From positions 1 to 64,000 of the forward strand of contig JBBIQV010000001.1 of NCBI GenBank assembly GCA_037442105.1: DNA of 64,000 nt, given 5' to 3'. The translations under genes and the position numbers were made by a program. The notes beneath the pieces were generated by a model. That model made no database searches and had not been told where the DNA came from. It saw only the letters and a list, made by a program, of their open reading frames with translations. The stretch is from Nitrospiraceae bacterium (GTDB taxonomy: Bacteria > Nitrospirota > Nitrospiria > Nitrospirales > Nitrospiraceae). Below are positions 58,349 through 64,000 of this stretch, piece after piece. The stretch's first letter is position 1, and every line of letters begins with the position of its first letter.

Positions 58349-59668
58349 ATGCACATCAGCGTGATCGGGACTGGTTACGTCGGTTTGGTCACAGGTGCCT
58401 GCTTTGCGGAGTTCGGTGTCACCGTCACCTGTATGGATAACGACGCACGACGGATTGCCAAGTTGGAGAAGGGTGAGGTCCCGTTTTATGAACCGGGCAT
58501 CACCGAGCTTGTGGCGAAGGGGATCAAAGAAAGCCGGTTGCATTTTACCACCGACATCGCCAAAGCGGTGGACCAGGCGCTGGTCATTTTCATTGCCGTA
58601 GGGACTCCTTCGCGGTCCGACGGATCGGCAGACCTTTCATATGTGGAAGAGGTCGGTCGAGGCATAGCCCGCCACATGACCGGATACAAAGTCATCGCCA
58701 CGAAATCAACCGTACCTGTCGGAACCGGGGAGAAACTCCGAGAAGTCATCAACGCCAACCGGACAACAGCCCACCGTTTCGACATCGTGTCAAACCCCGA
58801 ATTCCTTCGAGAAGGCTCCGCGATTGAAGATTTCATGCGTCCTAACCGCGTCGTGATCGGGGCGGACAGCGATCAAGCCATGGCGATTATGAAGGACCTG
58901 TATCGCCCCCTCTACCTGATTGAAACCCCGATCGTGCTCACGGACATCCCGTCGGCCGAGATGATTAAGTATGCCTCGAACGCATTTCTGGCCACCAAGA
59001 TTTCCTTCATCAACGAAATCTCCAATGTATGCGAGCGGGTCGGCGCAGACGTGCAGGTGGTCGCGAAGGGCATGGGGCTGGACCATCGCATCGGGAACAA
59101 GTTTCTCCATGCAGGGCCAGGATTCGGCGGCTCCTGTTTTCCTAAGGATTTGGCCGCTCTCGTCCAGACAGGCGAACGGGTCGGTTATCCGCTGGAAATT
59201 GCGGGCGCCGCAGCTCGCGTCAACGCCAAACAACGCACCCGGATGCTGGAGAAGATTTGCGAGGCGGTGGGAGGCATAAAGGGGAAAACCTTCGGGGTCC
59301 TAGGCATCTCATTCAAGCCCAACACGAACGACCTCCGAGAAGCGCCGGCGCTGACAATCATCGAGGCGTTGATGAAAGACGGCGGGACCGTCCGGGCTTA
59401 CGACCCGGCAGCACTCGAAGAAAGCTCGCGGTTATTGAAAGGAATGATTCCCTGCCAGGACACATACGATGTCGCGGAAGGAGCAGACGCGCTCATCCTG
59501 ATGACCGAATGGAATCAGTTCCGGAACCTGGACTTTGTACGGTTGAAGGGAATGATGCGCCAGCCCATCCTGCTCGATTTGCGGAACGTCTATGACCCCG
59601 ACCGGGTCGCAGGATACGGCTTCCGGCACATTTCGGTCGGCCGTCCGACCAGAGAGCCAAGGGCGTAA
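58349..59668 (+). CDS. ugd: UDP-glucose 6-dehydrogenase
   Basis: GTGYVG, PFYEPG, KSTVPVGT, NPEFLREG, GFGGSCFPKD, FKPNT.D.RE. Confidence 0.95.
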   Translation: MHISVIGTGYVGLVTGACFAEFGVTVTCMDNDARRIAKLEKGEVPFYEPGITELVAKGIKESRLHFTTDIAKAVDQALVIFIAVGTPSRSDGSADLSYVEEVGRGIARHMTGYKVIATKSTVPVGTGEKLREVINANRTTAHRFDIVSNPEFLREGSAIEDFMRPNRVVIGADSDQAMAIMKDLYRPLYLIETPIVLTDIPSAEMIKYASNAFLATKISFINEISNVCERVGADVQVVAKGMGLDHRIGNKFLHAGPGFGGSCFPKDLAALVQTGERVGYPLEIAGAAARVNAKQRTRMLEKICEAVGGIKGKTFGVLGISFKPNTNDLREAPALTIIEALMKDGGTVRAYDPAALEESSRLLKGMIPCQDTYDVAEGADALILMTEWNQFRNLDFVRLKGMMRQPILLDLRNVYDPDRVAGYGFRHISVGRPTREPRA

Positions 59669-59682
59669 GTCGGCGCGCTCTA

Positions 59683-60393
59683 TTACCCCAACTGCTTGGG
59701 CGCGCCGGCTTTGGCCTCTTCTATAGGCTTCGGCTTATAGCCCATCCGGTCCAGCACCTTCATAATCCGCGTCCTTAGCCGATCATCCGCCTCGCCCAGC
59801 GCCACGGCCAGCGGTTCGACGGCGGGCTTGCCGATTTTCCGGATGATCTCCGTGACGGACTGGCGCAGCTCATCTTCCTCCGACACCAGCAGCGGGACTA
59901 ACGACGGCACCGCTACTCCGCCGATCTTGATCAAGGAGTCGTACGCGCGCTGGCGCACATCGCCGACTTCATCCGTGAGAGCCTCCACTAGCGGTCCGAC
60001 CGCCCGCGATTCCTTCATTTCCCCCAACACTTCGGCGGCATATTTGCGATTGAGCCAATGTGAATCCTTCAGGTCAAGGAGCATAGCGTCGGCCTTAGCT
60101 GCGTTGGGGTCTTTCGCCCGGACCTTGAGCTGCTTGGCGATGCGCTTACCGCCTTCTTCGACCACACGGATCGTCGCGCCGTCACCCACCTTGACCTTTT
60201 TCAGTTCCTCGATCGCTTCCTCTGCTACATCCAGCAGAACCGTCTTGCCGTCGTAGGCCAGGAGTTCGACCTCGATCTGCTTCGCCTCCGGGTTCACCGC
60301 CACAACACGTTCGGTAACCAGGTTGAACCCATCCTTCTTGGCGCCGCCTTTCGGGCCGATTTGAATCAGCTTCACCGGTGCATCATCTGCCAT
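59683..60393 (-). CDS. OB-fold-like domain fused to HEAT (PBS-lyase-type) repeats
   Basis: N-terminal V.AVN...IEV...LKKVKVGD...IR pattern; C-terminal AAEVLG/AV.PLV.AL.D repeats. Confidence 0.75.
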   Translation of the reverse strand: MADDAPVKLIQIGPKGGAKKDGFNLVTERVVAVNPEAKQIEVELLAYDGKTVLLDVAEEAIEELKKVKVGDGATIRVVEEGGKRIAKQLKVRAKDPNAAKADAMLLDLKDSHWLNRKYAAEVLGEMKESRAVGPLVEALTDEVGDVRQRAYDSLIKIGGVAVPSLVPLLVSEEDELRQSVTEIIRKIGKPAVEPLAVALGEADDRLRTRIMKVLDRMGYKPKPIEEAKAGAPKQLG

Positions 60394-60409
60394 GGTGTAC
60401 GTCCTTTAC

Positions 60410-61186
60410 TCAGTGAGAAGGTTGTTCCGGTTTCCAGCCCAGGCTGGCGAGCACGCCCTCGACCGTCTCCTGGACCATGGTGTTTTCGTCTTCGAGCAGC
60501 GGGAGCAACGACTCAATGGCTCGTGTCGCGCCCAACCGAGCCAGCGACTCAGCCGCATTGCGCCGAACGAGCCAATCTTCATCCTGCAATGAATGGATCA
60601 GTGGGTCCACGCCGCGAGGATCGCCGATCTTTCCCAAAGCCTCAGCCGCATGGCGGCGAACCATCCAATTGTAGCCCATCAGCCCGTCGATCAAGGCATC
60701 GACCGCCCGTGCGTCGCCGATTTTCTTGAGGACGCGCGCCACGTCCTCACGCAACGTGCTGTCGCCCAGCACTTCGATCAAGCCCGGCACGGCACGCGGA
60801 TCGCCGATCCGCTCCAGCGCCCATACCGCCGCAGTCCGCACAGCGCCGTCCTTGTCTTTCAAGGCCTTCACCAGCGGCTCCACCCCGCGCGGGTCTTTCA
60901 GCTTCCCCAGGCCGGAGGCCGCTTGCTCGCGAATGGCCCATTCGTCATCGCGGAGCGCCGCAATGAGCAGCTCCCCTACTGCGGGGCCCATCCGTACCAC
61001 CGCGCTGGTAGCAGCCTCGCGGATCACGACGTCCTCATCCGCCATCAGGTCTATCAAGCGAGGCACCGCATCCATGCCCATCTGTCCCAAGCTCGCGATG
61101 GCATGATCACGCAATGCCTCATTTTCGTCACGAAGAGCGGAAATCAACTGGTCTACTCGATCGAACTGCCGATCGGTTTCACTCAT
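60410..61186 (-). CDS. HEAT-repeat protein
   Basis: About 8 repeats of D.D..VR..AA.ALG.IGDPRAV..LI..L. Confidence 0.9.
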   Translation of the reverse strand: MSETDRQFDRVDQLISALRDENEALRDHAIASLGQMGMDAVPRLIDLMADEDVVIREAATSAVVRMGPAVGELLIAALRDDEWAIREQAASGLGKLKDPRGVEPLVKALKDKDGAVRTAAVWALERIGDPRAVPGLIEVLGDSTLREDVARVLKKIGDARAVDALIDGLMGYNWMVRRHAAEALGKIGDPRGVDPLIHSLQDEDWLVRRNAAESLARLGATRAIESLLPLLEDENTMVQETVEGVLASLGWKPEQPSH

Positions 61187-62276
61187 CGTTAGGCTGCCTT
61201 TCTTGCTGAGCCTGTTCACCGGCAAGCACGGCCAGCTTGTCGAAGATCAATCCGGCGTTATACGCTACCAGCCCATCCCGGTCGGTCTTAAGCCGCTCGA
61301 ACAGCTCCGCATGGGGCCGGAGCACTTCGACATCTTTCACCTTCGCCAGAGCCTCCATCGCATAGACCCGCAAGGGCCTGATCGGAATCGCTTCGATATA
61401 CAGCTCAACAGGCCTTGCGTCCCCGATCAACCCCAAGGCTTTGAGCGCCAACTCCTTGACCCCCGTATCTTTGTCCACCCGCAGACGCTCCATCAAGGGC
61501 TCGACGGCACGCACATCTCCGATCTTGCCGAGCAGGTCTGCCGCCGCTTCGCGGACCAACCAATCATCGTCTTGAAGGTACTCGATCAAAATTTCGACGC
61601 CGGGACGCCCGATGCCCAAAAGGTCGATGACAGTGGCCATGCGGGCTTCCTCGCGCTCGCTCGTGCCTTCGACGTCCCGCAGTTCGTTGAAGGCCTGATC
61701 GATGCGATGACGGATCGCACCCAACTTTTTCAATGTACGGGCCGCGATGTCCTGCACCGCCGGCAACCCCATCGCCTCGATAAATGCATCGGCCGAGCGT
61801 GGATCGAGCAGGTGCTCCAAAATCATGGCCGCCGTGACCTGTGCCTCAACATCCGGGTGCGTGAGCAGCTTGCCGAGAGGCGCAATGGCATTCGGCGTCA
61901 CCCCCAGCAACTGCATCACCAATTGGCGCGTCCCTTCTTCTTTCGATTCATGCAGCAGCCGGACCAGCGCCGAGGCGCTGTCCGCATCGAGCACCCCGGC
62001 CATTTGCTCGAGTGCTACCGCCCCGGCTTTGCGGACGGCCTCATCGTCATCTCGAAGGAGTCCCACCAACGCAACGCCGGCTTGCGGGTCCTTGACGCGG
62101 GCCAGCATCCCGGCCGCTTCGATTTTCAGCGCCGCCTGGCCACTCTCCAATGCATGGATAAGCGCGTGGACCGCGCGCGGCCCGCCCGACAAGCAGGCAG
62201 CGGTGGCCCGCATTCGCCGCCAATCTTCCTCATGAACAAGTTCGGAGACAAGTGTTTCGATGCTTTCCTTCGGCAT
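61179..62276 (-). CDS. HEAT-repeat protein
   Basis: Repeats such as DDDWLVREAAADLLGKIGDVRAVEPL. Confidence 0.9.
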   Translation of the reverse strand: MPKESIETLVSELVHEEDWRRMRATAACLSGGPRAVHALIHALESGQAALKIEAAGMLARVKDPQAGVALVGLLRDDDEAVRKAGAVALEQMAGVLDADSASALVRLLHESKEEGTRQLVMQLLGVTPNAIAPLGKLLTHPDVEAQVTAAMILEHLLDPRSADAFIEAMGLPAVQDIAARTLKKLGAIRHRIDQAFNELRDVEGTSEREEARMATVIDLLGIGRPGVEILIEYLQDDDWLVREAAADLLGKIGDVRAVEPLMERLRVDKDTGVKELALKALGLIGDARPVELYIEAIPIRPLRVYAMEALAKVKDVEVLRPHAELFERLKTDRDGLVAYNAGLIFDKLAVLAGEQAQQERQPNDE

Positions 62277-62305
62277 GGCACCTACGCGCTCTCCGCGCGC
62301 GAACT

Positions 62306-62372
62306 GAAAAATTCACAATGTAAAATAAACAGTTCCCGCCCTTTTGCTTTTTGAATTTTTCATTTTAAATTC
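62306..62372. repeat. Inverted A-rich/T-rich heptamer element
   Basis: GAAAAAT TCACAAT GTAAAAT ... CTTTTGC TTTTTGA ATTTTTC ATTTTAA; same family as 45187-45268. Confidence 0.7.
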
Positions 62373-63447
62373 TCCCCGGTCGCCACCCCACCTGCGCCAG
62401 AGTCTCTTTGACGTGATAGCGGACATTCTCGTCGCCTTCCCTCGCCAACAGGGGCAAGAGAACGGGGATGACGGCCGGCCCGAAACTGGTCAAGGCAACC
62501 GCGGCATCGGCGCGAGTCACGGTGTCTTGCAATGCCGCGACCAACGTCGGGATGGCTGATTCGTCGCGAATAGTCCCTAACGCCCGCACTGCGGCACTCT
62601 TCGTCACCATTTCTTCATCCCATCGATCCCCACAACCGGCAATGGGGCGACTCTCTACCGGGCGACACGCGCCTCTCGCGACTTCCACTAAAACCGGGAC
62701 CGCCCTCCGATCCCCGATCCGTCCCAACGCATTGACAGCCAGCGGGCGCAATCCTGGCTCTTTCAGTACGGTAAACAGGAATTCCACCGCCCGCTCATCG
62801 CCGATATCCCCCAACGCTCGAACCGCGTCCTCTCGCAACGCCGTATCCCGATCGTTGAATAACACAAAGAGCAATGGCTCAACGGCCTCCGGCGATTTTG
62901 TTTTCCCCAGCGCCTCGATCGCGTGCAGGCGGACCAGCCATTCTTCATGCTTCAAGGCTTGGAGCAGCGAGGGAATGGCGGCCGCTCCAATAGCGGCCAG
63001 GGCGCCGGTCGCCTCGGCTCGGACGGCTTTGACCTTATCCTGTAGAAACGGAATCAATGCTTCGACTGCCGTGGCATCCTTGATTCGTCCCAATGCCTTG
63101 GCTGCGTGCATCCGCACAATCCAATCGGCGCTCCCCAGGGCTTTCAAGAGCGGGGCGACGACCCGCGCATCTCCGATGGAGGCCAAAATCGACGAGGCCG
63201 CCTCCTGAACCGAGAGCTGCGGATCGGATAAACACGCGCCTAAGACCTCCACCGACGGCTCGCCGATCGCGGTTAATGCGCCGATAGCCGCTTCACGGAC
63301 AGCCCGGTCCTCGTCTCGCAGCACAGCGACCAGCGGGATGACCGCGCGAGGATCTCTCAGGGTGCCCAACGCCAGGGCGGCGTCCTCACGAACCACCCAG
63401 TCTTCATCTTTCAGAGCGGCGATCTGTTCGGCCACCTGATCCGCCAT
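62365..63447 (-). CDS. HEAT-repeat protein
   Basis: About 10 repeats, e.g. DEDWVVREDAALALG, ADWIVRMHAAKALG. Confidence 0.9.
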   Translation of the reverse strand: MADQVAEQIAALKDEDWVVREDAALALGTLRDPRAVIPLVAVLRDEDRAVREAAIGALTAIGEPSVEVLGACLSDPQLSVQEAASSILASIGDARVVAPLLKALGSADWIVRMHAAKALGRIKDATAVEALIPFLQDKVKAVRAEATGALAAIGAAAIPSLLQALKHEEWLVRLHAIEALGKTKSPEAVEPLLFVLFNDRDTALREDAVRALGDIGDERAVEFLFTVLKEPGLRPLAVNALGRIGDRRAVPVLVEVARGACRPVESRPIAGCGDRWDEEMVTKSAAVRALGTIRDESAIPTLVAALQDTVTRADAAVALTSFGPAVIPVLLPLLAREGDENVRYHVKETLAQVGWRPGRI

Positions 63448-63638
63448 CGCTCATCCTTCGTCCGAAAGGTATTAAAACTAACACAGGCATTTTCCCAGGG
63501 TCAACGGACGCCGGGGTTCGAATCCTTTTCGCACATATCCGCTCTTAGTCCCGTGAAACGGATAGACCCTAGCCCAAGTAGTCAAGAAGCGCGAGCAGGA
63601 AAAGGGCGCTCGCATCGGTCCCGTCTCGGTGACCCTGA

Positions 63639-63667
63639 TTGACACTCACCGAACCACTCTTTACCAT
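63639..63667 (+). promoter_or_regulatory. Sigma70-type promoter of the last, partial gene
   Basis: TTGACA-17bp-TACCAT. Confidence 0.65.
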
Positions 63668-63768
63668 GCAGAATATTCAGCAATGCATTGTGCGAATACC
63701 TATTCTTTCTTTACCGGGCCGTACCCAGGTGAAGCGCACTATTCCACTCCATTCAGAAGGAGGCTGCA

Positions 63769-64000
63769 ATGAACAGACTCAGACAGACATACGTCCGGAC
63801 ATGGCAATCGGCCGGGGCCTTGATGCTGGCCTTCCTGGCGGGTGTCCCGTCTCCCGCGTCCGCCTATGAAGTGTGGCTGACGGATCAGTCGGATACAGCG
63901 AAAGAGAGCGGCGGCTACTTGTACATCTATGATGGCGCCCAGCTTGCCGCCAATCCCTCCACCGCGAAGCCGACGGTCACGATCGATCTGGCCGGCGACA
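63769..64000 (+). CDS. Exported protein, N-terminal part only (runs off the window)
   Basis: AGGAGG RBS; MNRLRQ...ALMLAFLAGVPSPASA|YEVWLTDQSD...GGYLYIYDG; open to the window end. Confidence 0.75.
   Translation, partial: MNRLRQTYVRTWQSAGALMLAFLAGVPSPASAYEVWLTDQSDTAKESGGYLYIYDGAQLAANPSTAKPTVTIDLAGD

Noticed and set aside
59683..63447. HEAT proteins as phycobilin lyases
   Set aside because: There are no phycobiliprotein genes in the window, and this repeat type is widespread in non-phototrophs.
63511..63530. GGTTCGAATCC, resembling a tRNA T-loop
   Set aside because: The stem is weak and no acceptor, D or anticodon arm can be built; there is no CCA.

Overview
A GC-rich bacterial chromosome segment (~60% GC by eye), most likely from a Nitrospira-like organism (Nitrospirota). 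The taxonomy is inferred from gene content, HEAT-repeat arrays and a nitrosocyanin-like cupredoxin, not from a search. Most of it is housekeeping: phoH-ybeY-ftsY; ihfA-merR-tRNA-Pro-surE-dedA-cysS-rlmB; alaC-hom-thrC-apgM-like-lysC-cimA; pdxJ-nnr-tsaE-lapA-mutS; rimP-nusA-infB-DUF503-rbfA-truB-rpsO-pnp-M16. The notable parts are five. (i) A ~15 kb type IV pilus locus with two complete minor-pilin sets around a PilB/GspE ATPase; only one set has PilY1, and it carries a sigma54/IHF/enhancer-type promoter. (ii) An iPGM-like protein that has lost its metal-binding histidines and sits where homoserine kinase is missing. (iii) A two-gene operon of unknown exported proteins. (iv) A small redox-protein neighbourhood. 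(v) Four tandem HEAT-repeat genes, one fused to an OB-fold-like domain. Several intergenic regions carry 6- or 7-nt tandem repeats, some arranged as inverted arms. I saw no CRISPR array, rRNA, integrase or transposase. Start codons were adjusted by eye where the ORF track looked over-extended.
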